A stretch of 64,000 nucleotides of DNA. Source: Eledone cirrhosa. Its lineage: Eukaryota. The stretch spans positions 71,734,001 to 71,798,000 of the forward strand of contig OZ024747.1 in NCBI GenBank assembly GCA_964016885.1, given 5' to 3'. The translations under genes were made by a program, and so were the position numbers. Shown piece by piece: positions 52,701 through 64,000 of the stretch (position 1 is its first letter; each line of letters opens with the position of its first letter). The notes below the pieces were generated by a model. That model worked only from the letters and a program-made list of their open reading frames with translations, did not search any database and was not told the DNA's origin.

Positions 52701-54470
52701 CTATGTGGCTCGCCTTATGTTGGGCCATAACCTATGTGGCTCGCCTTATGTTGGGCCATAACCTATGTGGCTCGCCTTATGTTGGGCCATGACCTATGTG
52801 GCTCGCCTTATGTTGGGCCATGACCTATGTGGCTCGCCTTGTGATGAGCCACACCTATGTGGCTCGCCTTATGATGAGCCACACCTATGTGGATCGCCTT
52901 ATGTTGGGCCATAACCTATGTGGATCGCCTTATGTTGGGCCATAACCTATGTGGCTCGCCTTGTGATGAGCCACACCTATGTGGCTCGCCTTATGATGAG
53001 CCACACCTATGTGGATCGCCTTATGTTGGGCCATAACCTATGTGGCTCGCCTTATGTTGGGCCATGACCTATGTGGCACATCTTATGATGAGCCACACCT
53101 ATGTGGCTCGCCTTATGTTGGGCCATAACCTATGTGGATCGCCTTATGTTGGGCCATGACCTATGTGGCTCGCCTTATGTTGGGCCATGACCTATGTGGT
53201 TCGCCTTATGTTGGGCCATAACCTATGTGGCACATCTTATGATGAGCCACACCTATGTGGCTCGCCTTGTGATGAGCCACACCTATGTGGCTCGCCTTAT
53301 GTTGGGCCATAACCTATGTGGCTCGCCTTGTGATGAGCCATAACCTATGCGGCTCGCCTTGTGATGAGCCATAACCTATGCGGCTCGCCTTATGATTATC
53401 CACACCTATGTGGCTCGCCTTATGTTGGGCCATAACCTATGCGGCTCGCCTTGTGATGAGCCATGACCTATGTGGCTCGCCTTATGTTGAGCCATAACCT
53501 ATGTGGCTCGCCTTATGTTGAGCCATAACCTATGTGGCTCGCCTTGTGATGAGCCATGACCTATGCGGCTCGCCTTGTGATGAGCCATAACCTATGTGGC
53601 TCGCCTTATGTTGGGCCATAACCTATGCGGCTCGCCTTGTGATGAGCCATAACCTATGTGGTTCGCCTTATGTTGAGCCATAACCTATGTGGCTCGCCTT
53701 ATGATCAGCCGTAACCTATGCGGCTCGCCTTGTGATGAACCATAACCTATGTGGCTCGCCTTATGTTGGGCCATAACCTATGCGGCTCGCCTTATGTTGG
53801 GCCATAACCTATGCGGCTCGCCTTATGTTGGGTCATAACCTATGTGGCTCACAACTTGAGAAAAGTTTTCCATGAATAATTTAAATCATATTTTACAGAA
53901 AAAATTCTCTCAAAGTCTTTAAACTCTTACGATTATGCAATTTTGAATTAACAATATTTTCCCACCAACATGTAGCGAAATAAGTAGTTTTAATGCTAAA
54001 TCATAAATCTCTTTGTAGAGAGATTCTGGCGGAAAAAATCCCTTCAAAGAGATTTCAATCAAATATGAAATTGTATTCGAAAGTTGAATCCAGAGTATCT
54101 TCCATAGCTGCTTCTGTTAAAAGTACATTCTAGTTTGGGTCTTGTTATTTTCATTAAAATATTTTGCAATATATAAAATTGCAGATTTGATATGTTTAAA
54201 TCACTCAGAAATACCAAAATATTTCATGGATTCTAAAACACCTAGATTATCTGATAGTAGCTGCTTAATTTACTGTACAAGTTTAATAACCGGATTAATG
54301 CATCTTTCGCATTTTTTTCTGTTTGTTGAGGAAGTTTACATTGGGAGAGTTAATTCTCAAATTGAAAACTAAGGTAGGCTTTTGAGCCTACAAAATCTGG
54401 AAGACATTCATCTTGCTTGAGTTTTTTTCCTGGCATAAGAATAATTGAACTAAGGGATCTATCTATAATA
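49764..54470 (-). mobile_element. Possible Charlie/Buster-type hAT relic hosting the minisatellite
   Basis: TIR-like cagtcatggacaaactgc at 49764. The minus strand near 53975-54003 reads DLALKLLI./FAT, resembling the Charlie C-terminus. Highly decayed. Confidence 0.4.
49843..53850. repeat. 30/31-bp minisatellite, about 130 units, 4 kb, with an internal dyad
   Basis: Units acctatgtggctcgccttatgttgggccat(a/g) (31 bp) and ...gatgagccac (30 bp). Confidence 0.97.
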
Positions 54471-54475
54471 TAGAT

Positions 54476-54794
54476 CATGGGCGTGCAACAGGCGGCCCGC
54501 GGGCCACTATCCGGCCCGCCAGACCAGTCAGAGTGGCCCACGATGACCGTTTTTAATTTTTACCTTGTAGGCTTATTTAGAATTTTGTTTGTAACCGTAA
54601 TACAATTTTCTGTTAGTTGACCTATACTAAAGGGCTTCACTGATAGGGTTATGTGTGTTATAATTTCCTAGTTCCATGTTATGGAAAGAAGTTGTGGTGA
54701 ATCTTTGGAATAGTGCTTAATAAATATTAATGGTCCTAATAGTTGTTCCAATGTTCAAAAGTGGCCCGCCAATGGAATATGTTGCACACCCCTG
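54476..54794. mobile_element. hAT MITE with an 8-bp TSD
   Basis: TIRs catgggcgtgcaaca and tgttgcacacccctg; subterminal ggcccgc repeats; TSD atatagat/atgtagat (7/8). Confidence 0.88.
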
Positions 54795-55179
54795 ATGTAG
54801 ATCATGCAATAACTTAGTCAGATTTTGAGTGTGAACTTCAAAAATATTAATTCTTTGCACCCGAGTAAAAAACAAACATAAAAACTACATGGCAGTGTAG
54901 TTCAAGCCACTGCTCAAAACGTCTTGTAATAGTAACTTTGATTGAGAGACCTAAAAAATTAATGTCAGGGCAAAGTGTATTTTTCCCCTTTCATGTTAAG
55001 TTAGCTACCTATTCTGAAAAAATTATTGAAGGCGTTAAAATGTTACTAAAACTTAAGTAAATTTATTCCACATGCCACCACCATAAATGAAATTTAAAAG
55101 TCAGTCTACTTCGTAGTCCTGGCGAACAGCATGGAGAAAGCATTGTCCTGGAGGATAGTGAGGGAGACGCGCTGGAACA

Positions 55180-55400
55180 GTCACTCCACCTCGGAGGATG
55201 TGGGGGGGGAGCTCACACGTGCAGGTAGCCAACGCCGATCCGACAGTAGTGAGGAATGATGATGTCTAGGGGCCACTGCTAAAGTTCTCAACCACAAACC
55301 TATCAGAGAGTGGTCGATATTTTGACAGTAAACCCTCTTCGGCCTGGCGGGCAGCGAAGCCTGGGCTGGTAGCCGAACACACCATGTTGCCGCTATAGGT
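55180..55400. repeat. Interspersed repeat shared with 24477-24590 (possibly a LINE 5' region)
   Basis: ctcaaccacaaacctatcagagag...gcctgggctggtagcc occurs at both sites. Confidence 0.55.
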
Positions 55401-55546
55401 GTCACATGAGGCATCTCAGAAAAATGTCCTTAATCATGTACTCCAAATACCTGATAATATCGACAATGGAAACATTATTCCCTCGGTCCGATCTGACGAT
55501 AAGTTCTATTCTATTTTATCTTCTTTTTTTCTGTTTAAACGTCATT

Positions 55547-56062
55547 GGGTTGGCAGAATCGGTAGAGCGTCAGACACCATGCTTTTCAGCATAGAGTTAC
55601 GTTCTGAGTTCAAATCCCGCCGAGGTTAACTTTGCCTTTCATCCTTACGGGGTCGATAAAGTAAAGTACCAGTAATGCACTGGGTAATTGCTGGCCTTGT
55701 GTCAAAAGTAGAAACAATTATAGTTAATTGATTGGCAGTATCGGTAGAGGGTCGACGCCATGCTTTGCAGCATAGAGTTATGGCCTTTTATGGTCTGAGC
55801 TCAAATCCCGCCGAGGTTGGCTTTGCCTTTCATCATTACGAGGTCGATAAAATAAAGTACCAGTAATGCACTTGTTATTTTGTTAAGGGAAGTGGATTGG
55901 CAGTATCGGTAGAGCGTCGGACAACACGCATCGCAGCATTGAGTTACGGCCCTTTACATTCTGAGTTCAAATCCCGCCGAGGTTAACTTTGCCCCTTACG
56001 TGGTCGATAAAATAAAGTATCAGTAATACACTGGGTATTTGCTGGCCTTTTGTCAAAAGTAT
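55547..56062 (+). mobile_element. Three tandem family A tRNA-SINEs
   Basis: A box tggcag(a/t)atcgg at about 55551, 55733 and 55899, each followed by a B box and the family core. Confidence 0.88.
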
Positions 56063-56739
56063 AAATAATTATTATTAATTTGTTAATCTTGTTGCTCTCT
56101 GACCGATTTATTTTATCCTGACCTTTCTCGAAACTGTGATTAGGGGCAGTTGCTGTCCGCGATCACACAAACACCACCCCGCGTTCATAATCCTATGTAT
56201 AGTATAGAGGCTGTCTGTATTATCTTACGATCTTTCAGATGTGATTAATGTGAAAACTGACTCATTAATTGCCAAATAAATGTAACTGCATACACAAACA
56301 AACAAATAAACACACACATATACTGTATATATATCACATATACATATTTCATGTATATACATATTTCTTATATATATATATATTTATATATATATATATA
56401 TCACATATACATATTTCATGTATATATATATAGTTCTTGTATGTATATATATATATATATATCTATATATATAATTCCCGTTCTGTGTGTGTGTGTAAAA
56501 GAGTTTCACTTGGAAAATATTCCATCGATCTGTCAAATTAAACACATAGCCAAAATAGGCTACGGTTTGTAACATCAAGAAAAAATTATTTCATAATGAT
56601 TAATTTCGAAGTCACAAACTTCGATTTTATAATCTTATAGACTTTTGCACTAACAAATTCCATGACGGCCATAAAGAGAGAGAGCGTTCCTTTTACACAC
56701 TTCTTAACTCTCCCACTTCCACAACACGACGTTATGGGA

Positions 56740-56806
56740 TTGTATGTGTATGTGCGTGTGTATATGTGTGTGTATGTGTTTGTGTGTGTATGTGTGCGTG
56801 TGCGTG

Positions 56807-56896
<90 letters not shown>

Positions 56897-57175
56897 TTCC
56901 ATAACGGCCAGAGAGAGAAGGATATGTGAGAGGGAGATAGAAAGAGAGGAGTGAGAGAGAGAGAGTAAAATAAAGAAAGAGAGGAGTGTGTGTGACGCGA
57001 ATATGATAAATACAGCGTTTATAATTTTAACTTTATTTATTACACTTCTTAACTCTCCCCCTTCCACAACGTCACGTCTTGGGATTGTGTGCGTATGTGT
57101 GTGTGTGTATGTGTGTGTTTGTGTGTATGTGTGTGTATGTTTATGTGTATGTGTGTGTGTTTGTGTGTGTGTGTA
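56740..57175. repeat. (TG)n tracts with a duplicated flank
   Basis: acacttcttaactctccc.cttccacaac occurs at about 56697 and 57042, each followed by TG repeats. Confidence 0.85.
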
Positions 57176-57670
57176 CATGATGGATGTTTTAAAATACACA
57201 TTGTTCAACCGACACGGCTAACGATACATTTCTCTATGTTCACATTTTAATGACACATATCTGTAAATAAAACTTGCTCTTTTTGAATACCGTCTCATTT
57301 TTTTTATTGAAACAGTTGATCAGGTAAAATTATCCTCTAAGTTAAACATACAACACGGAAATTGACCATTAACATTGCAGCCCTACCAAGAACTGACACC
57401 GTCCAATATGTGTGTGCGCTTGTTATATACGTATTTATTTATTTATATACGTTTATTTAATTATTTATTTATTTGTATACACGCATACACACACACACAT
57501 ATTTATATGTGCGTGGTTTTGTATACCTATGGCAAGTGTTTTCGCGTATGCTTGTGTATGTACGTATTTGTATGCGTGTATGTATTTATTTAATTTCTAT
57601 TACTTCTGTATTGTATTTTACTTTATTCTTAACTCTGAAGCGGAGATTCATTTGGTCTCCTAGTTAGAAT

Positions 57671-57921
57671 TTAGTCTACGACTTCAGCTATACCATTTAC
57701 GTGGTTTTGTCTTTGCGTGCAATTGTTCTCCACGCTTCACATATAACGTATTATCTTCGTTTTTTCCGTTCATTGCCAGAGAACGTCTCTATGCACCACC
57801 TAAGAGAACATTAGTCTACGACCTCTTTTATACCATAAATGTGGTTCTGTCTTTGCGCGTAATTGTTTTTCACCGCTCCTATTAATGACGTATTATATTC
57901 GTTTTTTCCCGTTCTTTGCCA
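57671..57921. repeat. Diverged tandem duplication of about 140 bp
   Basis: ttagtctacgac...gtggtt.tgtctttgcg...ccgttc.ttgccag occurs at 57671 and 57811. Confidence 0.75.
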
Positions 57922-58120
57922 GCCTCCGGTTGCAACGTTTTTTGAAATATCCACTTCTGCGTTTACAGATTGACTTTGTTAGTTTCAGAAGATCCCGTTA
58001 AGGGTGAAAGCAGCGATTCTTTGCTTAAACTTTAATCTGTTATTTTAATAAATATATATATTTCATATATATACATATATATATATATCACGTATACATA
58101 TACATATATATATATCACGT

Positions 58121-58193
<73 letters not shown>

Positions 58194-58356
58194 TATACAT
58201 ATATATCTATCACATATACATATTTCATGTATCTGTATACATATATATACATATATATATAAATTTTGAGTATATGTTGGTTGTTCACCGACACCTCAGT
58301 ATGCAGAATGGAGCACTCGGCGAAGTGCGCGGGTTAGTTTGGTTACTCCGGAGTAA

Positions 58357-58774
58357 TGTAAAATAAAATAAATAAGTCAAATATTTAAAATTTGGCTTCG
58401 TTTATTACTGCTATATATATTTCGGTGACAGCCATCTTTGGCTGTGACCTCTTCAGGCAGTCCGAATTAGTGTGGTAGAGACGGGTACACATGTTGTTGA
58501 GGTGTATAATTTTGTCAATATTCCGATATGTCCAGTTCCTGGTTGGATTGTTATTTCTCTGTTAATCATATGAATTCAAACAAACGAATTTCAGCGTCAA
58601 AGACATATCGGAATATTGACAAAGTTAAACACCTCAACAACATGTGTACTCGTCTCTACCACACTAATTCGGACTGCCTGAAGAGGTCACAGCCAAAGAT
58701 GGCTGTCACCGAAATATATATAGCAGTAATAAACGAAGCCAAATTTTAAATATTTGACTTATTTATTTTATTTT

Positions 58775-58777
<3 letters not shown>
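58357..58777. mobile_element. Foldback element with 176-bp arms and a 69-bp spacer, carrying two opposed hammerheads
   Basis: 58357-58532 is the reverse complement of 58602-58777 with few mismatches. The right end abuts CA/(TA)n. Confidence 0.88.
58673..58727 (+). ncRNA. Canonical type I hammerhead ribozyme motif (mirror copy 58407-58461 on minus)
   Basis: Stem I actgc/gcagt; CTGAAGA; stem II ggt-c-acagcca-aaga-tggctgt-c-acc with a G10.1-C11.1 pair; GAAA-tatata-TA with predicted cleavage after 58722. Confidence 0.88.
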
Positions 58778-58850
<73 letters not shown>

Positions 58851-58851
58851 C

Positions 58852-59030
58852 ATAGAAAAGGCTTCTAGATGACTAGAACTGTTTCATTCGGGAGAAATCA
58901 TCAGATGATTTCTCCCGAATGAAACAGTTCTAGTCCTGTAGAAGCTTTTTTCTATATTAAATATTTATACTCTGCTTTGTATTGAGTACCTAACTTACTG
59001 TGGTTACCCCCGATTGAACCCATGATAAAC
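58852..59030. mobile_element. Foldback centred on a hammerhead core (family of 9256 and 24299)
   Basis: Symmetric about 58903 (aaatcatc-a-gatgattt). The minus strand reads CTGATGA-tttctcccgaat-GAAACAG. Confidence 0.7.
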
Positions 59031-59047
59031 TTATATTATATATATAT

Positions 59048-59093
<46 letters not shown>

Positions 59094-59095
59094 TG

Positions 59096-59229
59096 TGCAT
59101 AGATTTGGTACAAACACCAGTATTTCATCGTACAACCTACACTATATATATATGTGTATGTGTATATATATATATATATATAGTGTAGGTTGTACGATGA
59201 AATACTAGTGTTTGTACCAAATCTATGCA
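59096..59229. repeat. Foldback with arms of about 50 bp around a TA microsatellite spacer
   Basis: tgcatagatttggtacaaacaccagtatttcatcgtacaacctacacta and its reverse complement. Confidence 0.85.
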
Positions 59230-59497
59230 TAATAGAAAACAAGAGGAAGTTTCGTTTACATATGAAAAATACTTATTGCGTATCGACCTGACGCGCGTTT
59301 TGCAGAGGATTGGCTCAAGGTGACCCATAAGATATCTTTTGTCGCATCACCAGTCTAAGGAGCAGATTGATACTGGACTCGGGTCCATAACTCTTATGGG
59401 TCACCTTGAGCCAATCCTCTGCGAAACTCGCGTAACAGGTCGATACGCAATAAATATTTTTTATATGTAAACGAAACTTCCTCGTTTTTTCTATTAT
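59229..59497. mobile_element. Foldback with arms of about 104 bp and a degenerate hammerhead at 59350-59439
   Basis: CTAAGGA (core G>A); long stem II gcag/ctgc, gattg/caatc, ccataa-ctc-ttatgg; GAAAC-tcgc-GTA. The opposite arm gives aaaac-gcgc-GTC. Confidence 0.7.
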
Positions 59498-59544
59498 ATA
59501 TATGTGATTAATATTATATATATATATATATATAAATATATATA

Positions 59545-59766
59545 TAAAGGAACGATCGACCTTCGTCAAATCGAACCGAGGAAACAATGTTTCCGTTGGT
59601 CTTTCCAATTGCTAATACTATCTATCGGTCGCAACTCCAGGTAGAAGGAGCAACGTGAAATAAAGTGGCTTGCTCAAGGACATAACGCATCGCCTGGTCC
59701 AGGAATCGAACTCACAACCTTACGATTACGAATCCAATTCTCTAACCACTCAGCCACACGCCTTCA
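59545..59766 (-). mobile_element. tRNA-derived SINE (family B-type head)
   Basis: Minus strand: aaggcgtgtggctgagtggttagag A box, gagttcgattcc B box, and tccttgagcaagccactttatttcacgttgctcc. Confidence 0.82.
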
Positions 59767-59815
59767 CATATATATATATATATACATATATATCTATATA
59801 TATATATATATATAT

Positions 59816-59861
<46 letters not shown>

Positions 59862-60760
59862 TGATTAATTGCTTATGCTTTTCTATTTTGTTGAAACATT
59901 GACAGATCATCTAGATAAATAAGTGCATATATATGAGAGGTTGCAGTGAGAGACAGAAGCTGCCACTTATAATAAATGCATTCACCTTAAATCTGTCTCT
60001 AGGAACTATTCCACCATTATTTTGAGCTTTTCTTATTCTTTGCTTTCTTCTGGAACTCTGGTAGTTAACGTCAGAGGGTAATCTTGGCTTGTTGTTCAAT
60101 GTGATCAAATTTATTCCGAATCCCTCTACTAATACATTAGTGTTTGTGTTCGGATAAATGATGCTAAGTGGAAACCAGTGTGGGTGTCGGACTCTGTAGG
60201 GTGCGTATTACCTTTCATGTTCATAATCTTCATGAATAAGATTGATATGTGCAGTTGAGCTAGAAGTAATATCAAGACGGTGGGTGTGGGATCCAGGGTC
60301 TATGAGAGGGAGGGGGTCCGGCAGGTACTTTGTTCCAGGGCCCAAGAGCTAAGAAGGCCCCACAGCAACCATACAGTGTCCATTTTGAAAAAAAATATTT
60401 GCCTGCTTAGGGACCCCAAAGGAGTCTTATACCGCCTTGCAAAATTTCTCTTGGAAGCCCTGGTGGGATTAGTGGGCTGGTATTTACAGACATGATGCTA
60501 CTTAACTCGCACTGGATAGATTCGTTGTCCAATGCGGCACAACAGGAATAAAACTCATTCGTCCTCTGCAGTAGGCCTGTGCGGTGTGTTCTGCAAATAG
60601 AGTTACATTGAAGCAAGTGGAGAAGTTCAAGTATCTCGGGGCCGTTTTCCTGAGTAATAGTAGTATGGTGGTGGTTGTGGTAGTGATGGTACGTGGTTCG
60701 TTGTGTTGGTATTGTAGTGGGTGATGGCGTGTTATGTTTTTATTATTATTTGCAATGTCG

Positions 60761-60930
60761 ATGGATTGGCAGTATCGGTAGAGCGTCGAACACCATACTT
60801 TGCGGCACAAAGTTACGGCCCTTTACGTTCTGAGTTCAAATCCCGCCGAGGTTAGTTTAGCCTTTCATCCTTACGGGGTCGATAAAATAAAGCACCAGTG
60901 ACACACTGGAGTCGATTTAATCAGAAACTA
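60761..60930 (+). mobile_element. tRNA-derived SINE (family A)
   Basis: tggcagtatcggtagagcg, gagttcaaatcccgccgagg and the family core. Confidence 0.85.
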
Positions 60931-62370
60931 TTATTATTTGCAAGGTCTGGAGAAAGGGCCTGTGCCAATGATTTTTGCATCTCCTCTTTGTCTGATGAAA
61001 CTGAAGCTGTTGCTGTTCAGTTTAAATTATTGTAAGACAACTCCTGCATAAAAGACATATGCTGGGAAAGAGTTTCAGAAAGATGACATTCTAGGAGGAA
61101 GATACTGTACATAGTGGTCATTGTTGGGTTTGGTGTGTTGGACATAATATGTATGATGAGAGGAGGGAGAGATTAGTAAGGCGGGAGTGCCTGAACGAAG
61201 GTAGAATTAGGTCAGCCAGCTCTGAAGAGTAGATAGAAATATGAACCAGAGGCGAGATCGTATCTAACAGTGACTGTCAGCTCATTCTAACAGCGTACTG
61301 TTCATGTTTAAGTGTGCAATGATGTTTTAGTTCCACACGTATACAATCAACAATGCAAATGAACGATAAAGATAAATCAGATCTTTCACTGGTTTGTTTT
61401 CAAGTCATTCGTCTTGACTACGGTGAAGGGCAAATGTCATAAAGAGTTTCGGCGATCATATTGTTACCAATATGTATTTCAATCTATCACTTATTATCGA
61501 TCTCTATTTCCTAAAGTACTACTTTTCGAGACAAAAGCAAGAAAACGCGCGCATGCGCACACATTGATTGAACATAACCTTTGTCTTTCCGTTTTCTAAA
61601 AAAAATGAGCCTTTTCCGACGGGTTTAGGGGGCAGATTCGTTGAAAACACACAAATACACACACAAAAATGCGGGGGGAAATATTTTTTCATCAAACGCA
61701 AGAAATGTGTAGATCTATTGCCGCAAGGAAAAAAAAATACACAGAAAAACAGTAGACACTATCCATCTGATGGTGAATATATATACAAAGACATTCTCAT
61801 GGATAAGTTTCTCTATTTTTATGGAATAGAATAGATTCTTTGAACAGTATCAGATTTGGTTTGTTTTTGTAGATTCTCTTTGAATTGTTGTATGTCAACT
61901 CCTATACAAATATTCCGTCGAGCTTTTCTCATCTCAGAATGACAACTCAATACGGTTCATAAAGCTATATCATACATCATCCATGTCTTTGAAATGGCAA
62001 CTAACAAGAGTAGTTGGCATTTCTGAGTTTTTCAATAGCTGTTTCTTTTCCTCCAGGACCGCTTCTGACCTATTTCTAAATATCCATACATTAATTGCAA
62101 TGTTTTATATTGTTTTAAATTCTTTAAATTCAGAATGGAACTATGAAACTATGAAATATAAAACCACTAGTGTCAGCATTATACATACACATACTATTTC
62201 ATGTTTGCACATTTATTCATCCATTTATTTTAAATATTAGCCTTGCTCAATGGTCTACATTATATTCTATTTATATACACTGTACACATATTAAACTATA
62301 CAATATTTGGAATATATTCTATCAAATGTCTAGTTTACTATGAATAACATTTAATATGATACACAGAATA

Positions 62371-63065
62371 CTTGAAACTAGTACAGCGTTCCTTTGTCAG
62401 TGTTGAACAAATGAGCAACGATGGTTGCTGGACACTACGGCTTAATTCGGGATGTTTGTTTACAAACACACCGAGCATTATAATAAATGTTCGGTGAATC
62501 CATACGTACATATATATATTAGTGTGCATGTATGTATACATACTACTGTACGTCTGTATACATATATGTATGTACGTATACATACTTATATTTAAGTAAC
62601 AGCCGTACTAAGAGTGAGAAATGAAATTTCGTTTCATTTTTTCCGTTTATCGTTTTCGGTGCCCCGGCCAATTAACTCACTCGATATGCAAATTAGGCTG
62701 CTCAGCCGTTAATATGCATAAGGAAAGTATATACTTTCAGACGTTCAATCATCTGGCAGGAAGGTATACGTTGCTGACGATAGCTAATGAGCTTGAAACT
62801 AGTACAGCGTTCCTTTGTCAGTGTTGAACAAATGAGCAACGATGGTTGCTAGACACTACGGCTTAATTCGGGATGTTTGTTTACAAACACACCGAGCATT
62901 ATAATAAATGTTCGGTGAATCCATACCTACATATATATGTGTGTGTATGTATATATATATACATACTACTGTACGTGTATACATATATGTATGTACGTAT
63001 ACATACTTATATTTAAGTAACAGCCGTACTAAGAGTGAGAAATGAAATTTCGTTTTATTTTTTCC
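62371..63065 (+). mobile_element. 421-bp direct tandem repeat (about 1.65 units) with a hammerhead at the unit junction; retrozyme or pLTR-like
   Basis: cttgaaactagtacagcgttcc... begins at both 62371 and 62792; the copies are near-identical apart from the microsatellite. Confidence 0.82.
62768..62810 (+). ncRNA. Minimal type I hammerhead ribozyme motif (43 nt)
   Basis: Stem I acgttg/cagcgt; CTGACGA; stem II t-agct-aatg-agct-t; GAAAC-ta-GTA, with palindromic actagt in stem III and predicted cleavage after 62804. Confidence 0.8.
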
Positions 63066-64000
63066 AAAGAATACATTCATTATATTTAAACAAATAATTA
63101 TTGCGATGTTTAAATTACAATTTAAATAAAATAAGGCCATGACCTCATCTTCACTACAGTGTATATTGCAGGAATATTAATGTTTATTTGACTACTAAGT
63201 TTATTATGAAACCAATAGAAATATACAGGACATATGCACGCATGTATCATATATATAGGGTGTCCCAAAAAATGTATACACACTTCAACAGCATGCTAAT
63301 AAATATTGCCTGTACAGGTAATCAAAGGGTGTACACATTTTTGGGTGGGGACACCCTTTCCCTTTCCGATATCTAAAAAACAAGTAATTTTTGGAGGTCA
63401 GATTCGTTGAAAACACGAAAAAAAAAACTAGAAAAAAAAGATATTTTTACTTGAATCCAAGACAGGTGTTTATGTAAAAAGTTGCCGTTGGTGGCTACAT
63501 GAAATGTCAAAGATATTGCTTGTTGGCTCATGTTATTTGTTTGATCTTGTCAGATGTAGTACATATAGAGTACTCTAAGTATCTATGAGTCGTTTTACTT
63601 TTAGCGATCCTTCGTCTAAAAAAACCCTAAAAATCTTTTAAAAATTGCCCCAAAACGGAGAGGAATGAGGTAAAATGGGGATATTTTACATAATGAAAGC
63701 TATACCCATTTTCACAAGAGAAGACCTCGGACAGGGAGAATTGACAGGGGTGAGACTGACCTCAGCAGTTTCTGTACTGGCATTTTTGTCTTCGTGGTCA
63801 CTAAACACATTTGTTTGTTAATATTTTTGCTAACGTTTTATCCTTTTTTTTTAATTACTACAAACTCTGATTTTAGCTTTCGCTCTCAATTATTTTTTGG
63901 CTCCTAATCATTAAATACCAGCTCGAACTACTTAAACAATTGTAAAATTAATGGATGGAATGAAATGCCTACCTGATTGATGTGTCTGTAAATTTCAAAT

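Noticed and set aside
49843-53850. CRISPR-like palindromic repeats of about 30 bp
   Set aside because: There are no spacers; it is a pure tandem minisatellite in eukaryotic DNA.
55547-56062. tRNA genes
   Set aside because: A and B boxes are present, but there is no cloverleaf or acceptor stem and they continue into SINE core and tail sequence.
60575-60655. VTLKQVEKFKYLGAVF as a gene fragment
   Set aside because: It is an isolated short remnant of a LINE RT YLG motif.
60990-61250. CTGATGA (about 60993) and CTGAAGA (about 61222) as hammerhead cores
   Set aside because: There is no stem II or stem I complementarity and no repeat context; these are chance heptamers.

Overview
AT-rich, microsatellite- and transposon-dense animal DNA. 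The repeat repertoire suggests a mollusc such as an octopus, which is an inference. Only one host gene is supportable: a three-coding-exon PMP22/claudin-family tetraspan gene on the minus strand (18341-21694, 210 aa). The rest consists of RTE and CR1-type LINE fragments, two tRNA-derived SINE families, non-autonomous Helitrons, hAT and Tc1/mariner relics and MITEs, a 13-kb 47-bp satellite that appears to derive from the RTE 3' UTR, and a 4-kb 30/31-bp hairpin minisatellite next to a hAT-like end. The most striking signal is a set of about six sequence families of short non-coding foldback or tandem elements, mostly embedded in (TA)n tracts. Each carries a type I hammerhead ribozyme motif with a palindromic loop III (at about 1.2-1.5, 7.1-8.3, 9.3, 24.0-24.4, 58.4-59.5 and 62.4-63.1 kb). 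This matches Penelope-like pseudo-LTR or non-LTR retrozyme architecture, with no coding partner in the window. All calls were made by eye, and repeat boundaries are approximate.
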